Shown here: piece after piece, positions 27,849-37,782 of the stretch | Position numbering within the stretch: the stretch's first letter is position 1 | Layout: every line of letters begins with the position of its first letter | From: Minisyncoccota bacterium | GTDB lineage: Bacteria; Patescibacteriota; Minisyncoccia; Phycocordibacterales; XYD1-FULL-46-19 | DNA length: 53,788 nt | Direction: 5' to 3' | Assembly: GCA_041663165.1 (NCBI GenBank) | Contig: JBAZRF010000006.1 | Location: 1 to 53,788, forward strand | Made by a program: the position numbers and the translations under genes | The notes under the pieces: model-generated | What the model was told of the DNA's origin: nothing | The model's input: the letters and a program-made list of their open reading frames with translations, nothing else | Databases searched by the model: none

Positions 27849-29307
27849 AATCCCTTGCACTGTCGGCATCTTAACCCTTAATTGCGCCGATTCTCTGTCG
27901 GCCTGTTTGGGTTCTCTTAAGGATTTTGCCGAAATAATTATCTGTGACGGTAACAGTACAGACGAGACGCAAAAAATTGCCAAAGATTTTGGGGCAAAAG
28001 TTATAAAACAATACGATAGCAACGAACCGAATTTAACTTGTGTTATGGATAAGTCGGCTGTTCGAGAAAAAAACATGTTGGCCGCTAGCCACGACTGGTA
28101 TTTTTTTATGGATGCCGATGACACCTTGTCGCCCGAAGTGGTCGAAGAGATTAGGGTAATTGTGTCTTTGCCCCGGCCGGAATTTTTGGCCTATCGGTTG
28201 CCGACGCGAATTTTTTTAGCTGGGCGAGAGATCAAATATGAGGCAACCTACCCTTCCTATCAATTGCGCTTAGTTCACCGCCTGGCGCACGGCCGTTTTA
28301 AGGGGCCGGTGCATGACCATTTAGTTTTTGACCAATCGGTAGCCGTTGGTACTTTAAAGAATTTTTATAACTTTTATTGGCCCAAAGAAAGAGTCAACGA
28401 ATTTTGGCCCTATCTCAAACGATATACCGACTGGGAAATTAAAACTATTGGATTCCTATCCTTGGCCTCTTTTCTTCGCTGGGGGCTATATCGCCGGCTC
28501 CGAACTATCGTTGGTTATCTTCTTTATCGTCTACCTAAGATGTATCTGGTTCACGGTTTTAAAAATTCAATGCCTCTCTGGATAGAGCTGACTATTGTCC
28601 GTTATCATTTTAGAATTTTATTTTTAAGTATTGGTAAATATCTCGGTCAGCTAAAATGGGTCACGATTTTTGGCGAAACATTAAGGGGTAAAGATATCAA
28701 CCGGATTTTGGCCAATCGATGTCTTAGAGAGATAGAAATTTGGGGCCGGACCCTTGATATTGGCAGTGGCCAGCAAGCCAGCTATTACCGTTTTCTTAAG
28801 ATGATAAAATGGCAGCGGCTGACGGTCGTTGATATTAATCCTAAAGCAAACCCAGACTTGGTTTTAGATATTGAAAAAGAAAGCTGGCCTTTTGCTGATA
28901 ATTATTATGATCAAGTTTTAGCTTTTAATATTTTTGAACATCTGTCGGATCCGTTCAAAGTTATCAAAGAGTCTTTTCGCGTTCTTTGTCCTGAGGGTCG
29001 ACTTATTGGCGGTGTGCCATTTTTAGTTAATGTTCATGCTGATCCTCATGATTATTGGCGGTTTACCGAGGAGTCTCTTGCTAAGTTGTTTGCCGAGGCC
29101 GGCTTTAAGACCGGTGAAATTAAACCGGTTGGTCGAGGGCCATTTTTGGCCGGTTATTTACAAACAGAATTTCTTTTCCCGCGTTTCTTAAAGATCTTAA
29201 TTTTGCCGCTGCTCTTTGGTCTTGATAAGAGCTTGAAGATTATCAAGCCCAAAGTTGATTGGACGGGAAAATATCCTTTGTCATTTGTTTTTATCGCCAG
29301 TAAATAG
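27841..29307 (+). CDS. Fusion protein: N-terminal GT2 glycosyltransferase plus C-terminal class I methyltransferase
   Basis: ATG 27841 (MSKIPCTVGILTLNCADSL...IICDGNSTDET, GT2 with the MDADD motif) overlaps the upstream stop by 8 nt. The C-terminal part carries LDIGSGQQASY, VLAFNIFEHL and LCPEGRLIG (methyltransferase type 11-like). Confidence 0.75.
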   Translation: MSKIPCTVGILTLNCADSLSACLGSLKDFAEIIICDGNSTDETQKIAKDFGAKVIKQYDSNEPNLTCVMDKSAVREKNMLAASHDWYFFMDADDTLSPEVVEEIRVIVSLPRPEFLAYRLPTRIFLAGREIKYEATYPSYQLRLVHRLAHGRFKGPVHDHLVFDQSVAVGTLKNFYNFYWPKERVNEFWPYLKRYTDWEIKTIGFLSLASFLRWGLYRRLRTIVGYLLYRLPKMYLVHGFKNSMPLWIELTIVRYHFRILFLSIGKYLGQLKWVTIFGETLRGKDINRILANRCLREIEIWGRTLDIGSGQQASYYRFLKMIKWQRLTVVDINPKANPDLVLDIEKESWPFADNYYDQVLAFNIFEHLSDPFKVIKESFRVLCPEGRLIGGVPFLVNVHADPHDYWRFTEESLAKLFAEAGFKTGEIKPVGRGPFLAGYLQTEFLFPRFLKILILPLLFGLDKSLKIIKPKVDWTGKYPLSFVFIASK

Positions 29308-29322
29308 ATTGCTTTATTTAAA

Positions 29323-30078
29323 ATGACTAACCAAGAAGCCCTAGAAAAATCCTATGATGCTTTTCAACCATTTTCCGATCGGCAACGGTGGGAGTTTAAC
29401 AATAATCTTTTTCATCTAAATTTTATTACCGCTAAGGTTAATAAGGGAGACTTAACCATTGATGTCGGCTGTGGCATTGGGTTGCTGGCTTTGGCCCTGA
29501 AGTTTTTGGGCTATCGGGTCAAGGGCTATGACAAATATGTTTTCACTGGTGATAGTTTTTATGACAAAACCGACAGCCAAACCTTGGCCAAGATTTGGAA
29601 AGAGAATGGATTAGAAATTATTTCTCTTGATATTTTGGCCGATCCGCTGCCCGAAAAATCCTTCGGCGGTGTTATTAGCATTGCCACTTTGGAGCATCAG
29701 TCGCACCCCAAATTGTTTTTGGAGAAAATAATTTCTTTGCTCAAGCCAAACGGTTGGGTCTATTTGGCAACTCCCAACATTGCGACCTTGTCAAATCGTC
29801 TTCGTTTTTTACTCGGTCGAAGTCCGATCTCAAATATTACGGAGTTTTATCGGCTAGCCGATAATTTTAGCGGTCATTGGCGGGAATACGTTTTAAGTGA
29901 GCTCTCATTTATGGTGGCGAGTTCCGGACTGGAGATTGAAGAGGCCCAAAATGTCGGAGTTATTACCACAAAAATTAAATTAAATCGAAAATTTTTTAGA
30001 AAATGCTTACTAGCGCTAGGCAATTACCTGCCCGGTTTTAAAGACACAATTTTTGTGTTTGCTCGCAGAAAGGGTTAG
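29323..30078 (+). CDS. Class I SAM-dependent methyltransferase
   Basis: Contains IDVGCGIGLLAL, VISIATLEH and LKPNGWVYL. Confidence 0.8.
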   Translation: MTNQEALEKSYDAFQPFSDRQRWEFNNNLFHLNFITAKVNKGDLTIDVGCGIGLLALALKFLGYRVKGYDKYVFTGDSFYDKTDSQTLAKIWKENGLEIISLDILADPLPEKSFGGVISIATLEHQSHPKLFLEKIISLLKPNGWVYLATPNIATLSNRLRFLLGRSPISNITEFYRLADNFSGHWREYVLSELSFMVASSGLEIEEAQNVGVITTKIKLNRKFFRKCLLALGNYLPGFKDTIFVFARRKG

Positions 30079-30095
30079 TATCTAGATAATATAAT

Positions 30096-31928
30096 ATGTG
30101 CGGGATAAATGGTTTTAATTTTGAAAATAAGGAGCTTATCGAACGGATGAACTTGGCTAATAAACATCGCGGGCCGGATGGCTCGGCTGTTTATGTAAAA
30201 GATGGCATTTCTTTTGGTCATAATCGCCTGAGCATTCTCGATTTGAGTACGGCGGCTGACCAACCAATGGTTAGCCACGATGGCCGGTACGTAATAATTT
30301 TTAATGGCGAAATTTATAATTTTCAGGAATTAAAAAAAGAGCTTGTTTTTTACCCCTTTAAAACAAAAGGGGATACAGAAGTTATCTTGGCGGCCTATGA
30401 ACGGTACGGTCTTGATTGCTTCCCCAAACTTAACGGTATCTTTGCGGTGGTAATTTATGATAAAGAAAAAGATGAATTGATTATGGCGAGAGATCCACTG
30501 GGAGTTAAGCCGTTGTTTTACCATCTGGCCGGGAAGAAGTTTTTGTTTTCTTCAGAAATTAAGTCACTTTTAGAGTTTTCCGAACTAGAGCGGAAATTGG
30601 ATTTAGAATCTCTGAATTTATATCTGCGTCTTCTCTATGTTCCTGGACCAAGAACGATGCTTGCTAGTGTTAAAAAATTAGAGCCGGGCTATCTGGGCAT
30701 TGTTCGTTCGGGGCAACTAGCTCTTAAAAAATACCATCAATGGCCAAAGGCCGAAAAACTCTCTGATCTCCCGGAGATCTATCCGCAAACAAAGAAAAAA
30801 GTTGAAGAGGCGGTTATTCGGCAGATGGTCTCCGATCGTCCGCTTGGCATATATCTCTCTGGCGGGCTAGACTCCAGCATTATTCTTAATTGTGCGAGCA
30901 AAAAACACCCAGCCATCGACACTTTCTCGGTGGGCTTTGATTTGCCAGATTCAGCTAACCGAGAGAAATTTAATGCTGACTTTAGTTTGGCGAGAGAAAC
31001 CGCTAAGTTCTACGGCGCTAAACATCATGAGATTTTGTTGTCGGCTAAGGAGGTTGGCGCTAATTTTGAAAAGGTTGTTTGGCAGATGGATGAACCGATT
31101 GGTAACGCTACGGCTTGGCCACTTTTTTCGTTGTCCCATTTTGCCAAACAAGAGGTGGACGTTGTCCTTGGTGGCGACGGGGGAGACGAATTATTTGGTG
31201 GCTATGAACGTTATCGCTTGAGCTGGCTTGCTGAGTATTATCAAAGAATTCCCGCCGGCCTAAGATCTCTCTTAAATAGATCATCAGTTCATTTTGCCAA
31301 GCTGGGTATTGCCGATTGGTCATCGCGCTGGTTGCAATTAATGGCGCAAAAAGATAATGAGGTTGCCCCGATTGTTTCCTCGCAATTTTATCAGCCGGCC
31401 TTGCCTGGGACGTGGCTTAAAAGTTCCTATGCCAAGGATGATGGCCAAAACAATATTGACTGGTTGATGGAACTTGACCAACAAACTTGGCTGGTCGATT
31501 TTGCTCTTGCCTTGGGCGATCGAATGTCGATGGCTCACGGTATTGAAGAACGGGTGCCCTTACTCGATCTCGAACTCGTCCAATGGTCGAGACGGCTTCC
31601 GCTTTCGTCTAAACTTGGCTGGTCAGGAACAAAACTTATTCTTAAAAAGGCCTTTCACGATGAGTTGCCGGCACATCTGTTTGGTCAGCCAAAGCGCGGC
31701 TTTTTTTCACCGGGCGCCAAATGGCTACGCGATGAACAGATTAAGAAAAAATCTCAGGAGATTCTTGATCCAAACTATTATCTCCCGATTAAAGAGCTAT
31801 TTGCTTGGGAGGAAATAAAGAGATATTTAGCTGAACACGAAACCGGCAGCGTCTATCATTTTAGCCTGCTTTGGGCCCTGATGATCTTTATTGTTTGGGC
31901 GAGAGAGTTTAAAATTCAGATAAATTAG
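30096..31928 (+). CDS. asnB: Asparagine synthase (glutamine-hydrolysing)-family amidotransferase
   Basis: Contains the N-terminal nucleophile MCGI, HRGPDG and the PP-loop YLSGGLDSS. Confidence 0.88.
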   Translation: MCGINGFNFENKELIERMNLANKHRGPDGSAVYVKDGISFGHNRLSILDLSTAADQPMVSHDGRYVIIFNGEIYNFQELKKELVFYPFKTKGDTEVILAAYERYGLDCFPKLNGIFAVVIYDKEKDELIMARDPLGVKPLFYHLAGKKFLFSSEIKSLLEFSELERKLDLESLNLYLRLLYVPGPRTMLASVKKLEPGYLGIVRSGQLALKKYHQWPKAEKLSDLPEIYPQTKKKVEEAVIRQMVSDRPLGIYLSGGLDSSIILNCASKKHPAIDTFSVGFDLPDSANREKFNADFSLARETAKFYGAKHHEILLSAKEVGANFEKVVWQMDEPIGNATAWPLFSLSHFAKQEVDVVLGGDGGDELFGGYERYRLSWLAEYYQRIPAGLRSLLNRSSVHFAKLGIADWSSRWLQLMAQKDNEVAPIVSSQFYQPALPGTWLKSSYAKDDGQNNIDWLMELDQQTWLVDFALALGDRMSMAHGIEERVPLLDLELVQWSRRLPLSSKLGWSGTKLILKKAFHDELPAHLFGQPKRGFFSPGAKWLRDEQIKKKSQEILDPNYYLPIKELFAWEEIKRYLAEHETGSVYHFSLLWALMIFIVWAREFKIQIN

Positions 31929-33059
31929 ATGACAAAAAAATTAATTTATCTAGCAAACATTCGTCTGCCCACGGAAAAGGCTCATGGTTTGCAAATCATG
32001 AAAATGTGCGAGGCTTTTGCCAAGGGGGGATTCACGGTTGAACTTTGGATTCCCTGGCGATTCAATCGCCTGAAGGAGGACCCTTTTGCGTTTTATGGTT
32101 TAGCCGACGCGAGCTTTGTGATTAGGCGCAATTTTTGTCTCGACCTTAATTCGTTAGGGTTTTTAGGCTTGTCCGGTTATTTAGTTCAAACTTTTTCTTT
32201 TTTGTTGGCCGTTAAAATCAAAAATCTTTTTAATCAAACTAATATTTTTTATAGCCGTGAGGCGTGGGCCAGCCTGTTTTTCAATCATTGTGTTTTGGAA
32301 GTTCACGATTTGCCTAAAAAAGTAAAGTCAAATAATCTTTGGCTCTGGCGTCGAGCAGGAAAAATAATTGTCTTGACGGCTGGCCTGAAAGCCGAACTGG
32401 CCAGATTGGGTTTGGTCGAACAAAAAATTCTTGTCGCGCCGGACGGCGTCGATCTTGAGGAGATTACGACGAGAGAGGATGGGGTGGCTTGCCGCCGCCT
32501 TCTTGGTTTGCCACCAAAGATTCCGATTGTCATGTACGTTGGGAGTTTCGGGCTTTATGACTGGAAGGGGATTGACGTTTTACTTGAATCGGTAAAATTT
32601 TTATCGCCAGAAATTGTCTTTGTTTTGGTTGGCGGATCAGCAATTGAAATAGCCCGACTTAAAGAAAAATATTCTGCCAGCAATATTGTTTTTAAAGAGC
32701 GGGTTAACCATAAACTCGTACCGTTTTATCTAAAAAGCGCAGACGTTTTGGTTCTTCCCAATAAAAGTGGTAATATCACTTCGGAGCGATACACCTCGCC
32801 ACTCAAGCTATTTGAGTATTTGGCGAGCGGGGTGCCCGTTGTTGCTTCGGATTTACCATCGATTCGCGAGGTTTTAAACGAGGGAAATAGCATTTTGGTC
32901 AAACCCAATAACGCTAGCGACTTGGCCCAAGGTATCTCTCGGCTGCTCGGCGATCCTGACTTATCTCAAGGCTTATCTCGCTCGGGCCTAGAAACGGCCA
33001 AGTTGAATACTTGGACTAAACGGGCGCTTAACATTATAAATTTTTCGAAGATTCAATGA
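31929..33059 (+). CDS. Glycosyltransferase family 4
   Basis: Contains LPTEKAHGLQIMKMCEAF and TSPLKLFEYLASGVPVVASDLPSIREVL. Confidence 0.85.
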   Translation: MTKKLIYLANIRLPTEKAHGLQIMKMCEAFAKGGFTVELWIPWRFNRLKEDPFAFYGLADASFVIRRNFCLDLNSLGFLGLSGYLVQTFSFLLAVKIKNLFNQTNIFYSREAWASLFFNHCVLEVHDLPKKVKSNNLWLWRRAGKIIVLTAGLKAELARLGLVEQKILVAPDGVDLEEITTREDGVACRRLLGLPPKIPIVMYVGSFGLYDWKGIDVLLESVKFLSPEIVFVLVGGSAIEIARLKEKYSASNIVFKERVNHKLVPFYLKSADVLVLPNKSGNITSERYTSPLKLFEYLASGVPVVASDLPSIREVLNEGNSILVKPNNASDLAQGISRLLGDPDLSQGLSRSGLETAKLNTWTKRALNIINFSKIQ

Positions 33060-33862
33060 ATTCATTTTTGGCTAGAATCGGCAACCTTATTGATTGGATA
33101 AAAATTTCCCTTGCTCTTGGGGACGATCCGGTTAATTCTGCCTGGCTCTTTTTCCTGCGCTTTAGATTTTGGTTCTTAAAAAAAACTGTCGGGGACAAAC
33201 TGTTTAAATTAAGATTGAAAAAATTCGGCCAGCCGTTTGAAATTTTTGTTCGTGACAATGGTGATCTGGCCGTATTGAAGGAGGTGTTTTGGCTTGGGGA
33301 GTATGATCTTAATTTAGTTAAAGAGCCTAACACTATTCTTGATCTGGGCAGCAATATTGGCTTAACGGCAATTTATTTTAAGCTTAAATATCCCAAGGCT
33401 AAAATCTATGCTTTTGAACCGGATCCGACGACCTTTAAACAATTACTACTCAATACTCAAAAAATGCCGGAGATTAGCTGTTATAACTTGGCCATTAGTG
33501 GTCAAAGTGGTTCTCTGACTTTTTATCCTTACCCGGGTAGCAGCATGTCTTCATCGTTGATTAAGCGGTTGCCAAATCAAGAAGGGGTAACCGTTGACGC
33601 CGTCTCGCTTGACGATGTCCTGGCGCTTGTTGAGGTGGACCAAGTTGATCTTTTAAAGTTTGATGTCGAAGGAGCGGAAGATGAGATCTTTTCTGTCTGT
33701 TCAAAAATTGGTAATATCTCTCGATTGATCGGGGAGGTTCACCTTGATTTGATGAAAAAAGATTGGCCGTCTTTTCAGTTAATATTCAGGCAAAACGGTT
33801 TTGTTTTGACAGAAAAAAAGATTTCCCTCAATCGATTATTGGTCAATATTAAAAAATTGTAA
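33056..33862 (+). CDS. FkbM-family methyltransferase
   Basis: Contains ILDLGSNIGLTAIYF, YAFEPDP and LLKFDVEGAE. ATGA overlap with the upstream gene. Confidence 0.8.
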   Translation: MNSFLARIGNLIDWIKISLALGDDPVNSAWLFFLRFRFWFLKKTVGDKLFKLRLKKFGQPFEIFVRDNGDLAVLKEVFWLGEYDLNLVKEPNTILDLGSNIGLTAIYFKLKYPKAKIYAFEPDPTTFKQLLLNTQKMPEISCYNLAISGQSGSLTFYPYPGSSMSSSLIKRLPNQEGVTVDAVSLDDVLALVEVDQVDLLKFDVEGAEDEIFSVCSKIGNISRLIGEVHLDLMKKDWPSFQLIFRQNGFVLTEKKISLNRLLVNIKKL

Positions 33863-33865
33863 GCC

Positions 33866-34342
33866 ATGCGTTTTTTTCTCAAAAAAATATACACTATCAA
33901 AAATCGTTTTATGATTAAACTAAGACGTTGGTTTTATAAAAAGATTTTTGGTGCTTTTGGTCCTCGGTCCTCGGTCATTGGGAGAATAAGCGTCTATCAT
34001 CCGGAAAATATTTATTTCGGAGACAATAGCACGATCAATGACTTAGTTGTCTTGAATGCTCGAGAAAAAATAGTTATCGGTAATTACGTTCACATTTCTC
34101 CCGGCTGTATTATCAACGCTGGCGGACTCAATTACTCTCAAAAATTAACCAACCGCACTCACTTGCACCAGCCCGTTACCATTGGCGATGGCGTCTGGCT
34201 CGGTTCTGGATCGATAATAAATCCTGGCGTTGTTATTGGAGAGAATTCTGTTATTGGTGCCGGCTCAGTTGTCACGAAAGACATTCCGGCTAATGTCGTC
34301 GCCTTCGGCGTGCCGGCTCGAGTGTTTAAGAATATAGATTAA
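33866..34342 (+). CDS. Hexapeptide-repeat (LbH) sugar O-acetyltransferase
   Basis: Contains the hexapeptide repeats IGDGVWLGSGSIINPGVVIGENSVIGAGSVV. Confidence 0.85.
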   Translation: MRFFLKKIYTIKNRFMIKLRRWFYKKIFGAFGPRSSVIGRISVYHPENIYFGDNSTINDLVVLNAREKIVIGNYVHISPGCIINAGGLNYSQKLTNRTHLHQPVTIGDGVWLGSGSIINPGVVIGENSVIGAGSVVTKDIPANVVAFGVPARVFKNID

Positions 34343-34350
34343 GGCCAAAA

Positions 34351-35601
34351 TTATTTGCTGGCTGAATAAAAATAAAGTTGTCCAAAGTTAACGAAACGGG
34401 TCACGACTCTTGCCCAGACAACTCCCCACAGACCAAATAACGAACCTAAAATTAAGATTCCCACAATTTGAACAATCGAGGCCCAAATATTATAGCGGTA
34501 CATGGCCTTTTTGTTGCTGGTTGATTGCAAAAGAGTGTACGGTAAAATAGAAGCCGTGGCGATTATTGATAAGGCATATACTTGGGAATAGGCGATGGCT
34601 GCCAAATATTTTGGAAAAAAGAGTTTGAACAGGAAAGGAGCAGCCAAAATATAAACAAGCACGATTAACCCGATTAACGCCACGAGCTTAAAGGTTTTTT
34701 GCCAAATCTCTCTTTGGACGGTGGTTGGATCTTTTTCAGAAAATTTTGGTAAAGCCAGGGTACCGAGATTTTTTAAAGAGTTTTTTATTTGTTCAGCTGG
34801 AGCGATCGCAATCGAATAAACAGCTAATTCAATAGCGCCAAAAAGATGAAAGACAACTAACCGATCAAGATAGAGGGCAATTGTCCCAATTACTCCCATT
34901 GCTGATAAGTGCCAGCCGTAGGAGATTGTTTCGGGGTCAACCTTGTCGTTAAGCTTGAACTGGCGAGTTGCCCAAAACCAAAATCCAATGCGCAAAATTG
35001 TCCAAGGTAGAAAATAGGCGAGCATGATAAAAATTAGATCTTTTGTCAGAAATAAGGTTATGATCATCACTAAAGCCGAAGTGATTGAGGAAATGGAAAA
35101 ATAACGGCTCGAGAGGTCAAAGCGTTTTTTCCCTTGGAGGTAGGAATCATAGAGGCCATAAGGATCCATCAGGGGCAAGAAAATTGCGCCAATCAGCATA
35201 GCCGTCGCGAGCGGCCAATTGCCCTGGAGATAATAATAAAGGCTGAAAATGAGAGCGATCAGGGCGCCCAAGGTTCCCCATTTAATTCGAGTTTGGAGGG
35301 CTTCTTTTAGGGAGCCGTCATAGCCTCTAGCCACAGCCTGAGTTACGGAGGTGTTTAATCCTCCCAGATTGGTAACAGATAATATACCAACAACCGATAG
35401 AATATAGCGATAATTACCAAGGATTTCAGCGGGAAGGAGGTTGGCGAAGGCGATTGATAAAATGAAGGAGGAGAGGGACGAGATAAATTGAGCAGCCGAA
35501 AGCCAGAAACCGCCCTTGGTCAAATAAACCATGTCTGTTTTGACGTAGCGTTCGCTCCAGCGGAGGAAGCGATAAAACTGGTTTTTTAATCGGTTTATCA
35601 T
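34351..35601 (-). CDS. Wzx-type oligosaccharide/polysaccharide flippase (MOP superfamily)
   Basis: 416 aa with about 12 predicted TM helices. Its position inside a glycan locus is typical for a flippase. Confidence 0.7.
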   Translation of the reverse strand: MINRLKNQFYRFLRWSERYVKTDMVYLTKGGFWLSAAQFISSLSSFILSIAFANLLPAEILGNYRYILSVVGILSVTNLGGLNTSVTQAVARGYDGSLKEALQTRIKWGTLGALIALIFSLYYYLQGNWPLATAMLIGAIFLPLMDPYGLYDSYLQGKKRFDLSSRYFSISSITSALVMIITLFLTKDLIFIMLAYFLPWTILRIGFWFWATRQFKLNDKVDPETISYGWHLSAMGVIGTIALYLDRLVVFHLFGAIELAVYSIAIAPAEQIKNSLKNLGTLALPKFSEKDPTTVQREIWQKTFKLVALIGLIVLVYILAAPFLFKLFFPKYLAAIAYSQVYALSIIATASILPYTLLQSTSNKKAMYRYNIWASIVQIVGILILGSLFGLWGVVWARVVTRFVNFGQLYFYSASK

Positions 35602-35672
35602 CAGGCTTTATCTTAGCTCAAAATGGGCCTTTTTTCTAGCGCCGGTTGTTTTTTTATGCTATATTATAGCCC

Positions 35673-37733
35673 ATGAATATTAATAAGATTTTGCGTTGGG
35701 GCGTACTCGTCGGCTTATTTGTTATGCCCTTTTTGCCATTATTGATCTCTACCAGCGCTTTTTTTCCGTTTATTACCGGCAAGAATTTTGTTTTCCGGGT
35801 AATTGCCGAAATTGTTTTTGCTCTCTGGTTAATCTTGGCCTTGCGCGATAAAAACTATTGGCCCAGAAAATCCTATATCCTTTTTGCGGTTCTGGCTCTC
35901 TTGGCGGCAACCGGACTAGCCACGATCTTTAGTGAGAATCCCTATCGCAGTTTTTGGTCTAATTATGAACGAATGGGCGGCTTAGTTAGCTTGCTTCACC
36001 TTGGGGCCTATTTTATTGTCTTGATCTCTGTTTTAAAAAAGAAGGCCGAATGGTTTTGGTTAGCCAATACTGCTCTAGTTGCCAATTGGTTAATTGTTAT
36101 TTATTCACTTTTACAACTGGCTGGCAAGATTGAGATTCATCAGGGAGGGGTTCGCTTGGACGCAACCCTGGGGAACGCGACCTATCTGGCTGTTTATCTT
36201 TTATTCAATATTTTTATTTCGGCCTATTTATTCTCATCAATAAAGAATATCGGCATAAGAGTTCTTTATGGACTAACCATTTTGGTTGATTTATTTTTGC
36301 TTTATCATACGGCTACTCGCGGGACGATTCTTGGTTTGTTAGTTGGTCTAGTTATTTTTGCCGCTGCCGCTGTTTTTCGGGGGTCTAGGGTTCAGAAAAA
36401 ATGGGCCGCGGGAGTAGTGGTTATAATCCTTATCTTGGCCGGCGGTTTTCTTTTGGTCAAAGATGCTTCATTTGTCAGGACTAGTCCAGTTTTGTCTCGC
36501 TTTGCCAGTATCTCTTTAACCGAGACAACGACCCAATCCCGTTTCTTGATTTGGAATATGAGCTGGCAGGGATTTAAGGAGCATCCAGTCTTAGGTTGGG
36601 GACCGGAGAACTACAGTATTGTTTTTAGTAAATATTATGTTCCCGCGATGTGGCGACAAGAGCCATGGTTTGACCGCTCGCATAATGTTTTCTTTGATTG
36701 GCTGATCGACGCCGGCCTGCTCGGTCTTCTCGCCTATCTCTCAATTTTTGTTTCGGCGCTATATTATCTTTGGCAGTCGAAAAGGGCGTCAATCTTTAAT
36801 TTAACCGAGAAAGCCATTCTGACTGGTTTGCTCGCTGGCTATTTCTTCCATAATATCTTTGTCTTCGATAATCTAATTAGCTACCTTTACTTTTTTGCGG
36901 TCATCGCCTTCGTTCATTTTGGGGTAACCAAAGAAAACAACGAAGAAGAAATAAAAGTAAAAAACAATTATCAAGCTAATAAAAAGAATTTGTCTTCGGC
37001 CGGGCAAATTACCACCGGAGTGAACGTTGCTTCCGTTGCCGTAATCGTTGTTTTACTGGTGTCCCTTTACTATGTCGATTACAAACCTTGGCATGTTTCG
37101 CGTGAGTTGATCGTGGCTATTCATCCCCAAACGTCGGTTGAACAAAGTTTAGCCGCTTTTCAGAGAATTTTTCAGCAAAATACTTTTGGCTCTAGCGAGG
37201 CCCGCGAACAATTAGTCAATAAAGTCCTCAATGTTCTAAACGATCCAAAAGTTTCTAATGAACTGAAAGGTCAATTTGTTAAATTGACCGAAGAGCAGAT
37301 TAAAATTCAGCTAACCAATTTTAACCGAGATGCTCGTTCCTATTTATATTTTGGCTCATTTATGTCAGCGATTGGTAACTCTGAACAGGGGATTGATTAT
37401 TTGCTAAAAGCTCAAGCTCTATCACCCAAGAAACAACAAATCTACTTTGAACTGATCGGAGTCTATGTCCGAATGCAAAATGCTCCCAAAGCTCTCGCTT
37501 TGGCAAAAGAAGCTTATGATCTTGATCCAGCCTATCCCGAGGCCCGTAAGATATATGCCCTCGTCCTATTGATGACAAATCAAAATAAAACAGCTCAAGA
37601 GATATTAGCCCCAATAAAAGACTCTGCCACTTACTACAATGACGAGCGTTTTAAGAGTTTGTATGAACAACTGGGAGATACTCAGTCGCTGCAGGAAATA
37701 AAAAATCTTCAATCAGCGGCAAATAAAAAATAG
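35673..37733 (+). CDS. O-antigen ligase/polymerase-like (Wzy_C) membrane protein fused to C-terminal TPR repeats
   Basis: Polytopic N-terminal ~420 aa containing HTATRGTILGLL and DRSHNVFFDWLIDAGLLGLLAYL. The C-terminal ~230 aa are TPR-like (AQALSPKKQQIYFELIGVY..., AYDLDPAYPEARK). Confidence 0.7.
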   Translation: MNINKILRWGVLVGLFVMPFLPLLISTSAFFPFITGKNFVFRVIAEIVFALWLILALRDKNYWPRKSYILFAVLALLAATGLATIFSENPYRSFWSNYERMGGLVSLLHLGAYFIVLISVLKKKAEWFWLANTALVANWLIVIYSLLQLAGKIEIHQGGVRLDATLGNATYLAVYLLFNIFISAYLFSSIKNIGIRVLYGLTILVDLFLLYHTATRGTILGLLVGLVIFAAAAVFRGSRVQKKWAAGVVVIILILAGGFLLVKDASFVRTSPVLSRFASISLTETTTQSRFLIWNMSWQGFKEHPVLGWGPENYSIVFSKYYVPAMWRQEPWFDRSHNVFFDWLIDAGLLGLLAYLSIFVSALYYLWQSKRASIFNLTEKAILTGLLAGYFFHNIFVFDNLISYLYFFAVIAFVHFGVTKENNEEEIKVKNNYQANKKNLSSAGQITTGVNVASVAVIVVLLVSLYYVDYKPWHVSRELIVAIHPQTSVEQSLAAFQRIFQQNTFGSSEAREQLVNKVLNVLNDPKVSNELKGQFVKLTEEQIKIQLTNFNRDARSYLYFGSFMSAIGNSEQGIDYLLKAQALSPKKQQIYFELIGVYVRMQNAPKALALAKEAYDLDPAYPEARKIYALVLLMTNQNKTAQEILAPIKDSATYYNDERFKSLYEQLGDTQSLQEIKNLQSAANKK

Positions 37734-37741
37734 TTTTTCAC

Positions 37742-37778
37742 AAAAAAATTCTGCAAAAAATATTTACAGAATTTTTTT
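37742..37778. terminator. Bidirectional terminator hairpin
   Basis: AAAAAAATTCTG (37742-37753) pairs with CAGAATTTTTTT (37767-37778). The A and T runs allow termination on either strand. Confidence 0.7.
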
Positions 37779-37782
37779 GAAG

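Noticed and set aside
27678-28124. 148-aa - strand ORF
   Set aside because: It is antisense to the FkbM and GT2-MT genes and has no supporting motif.
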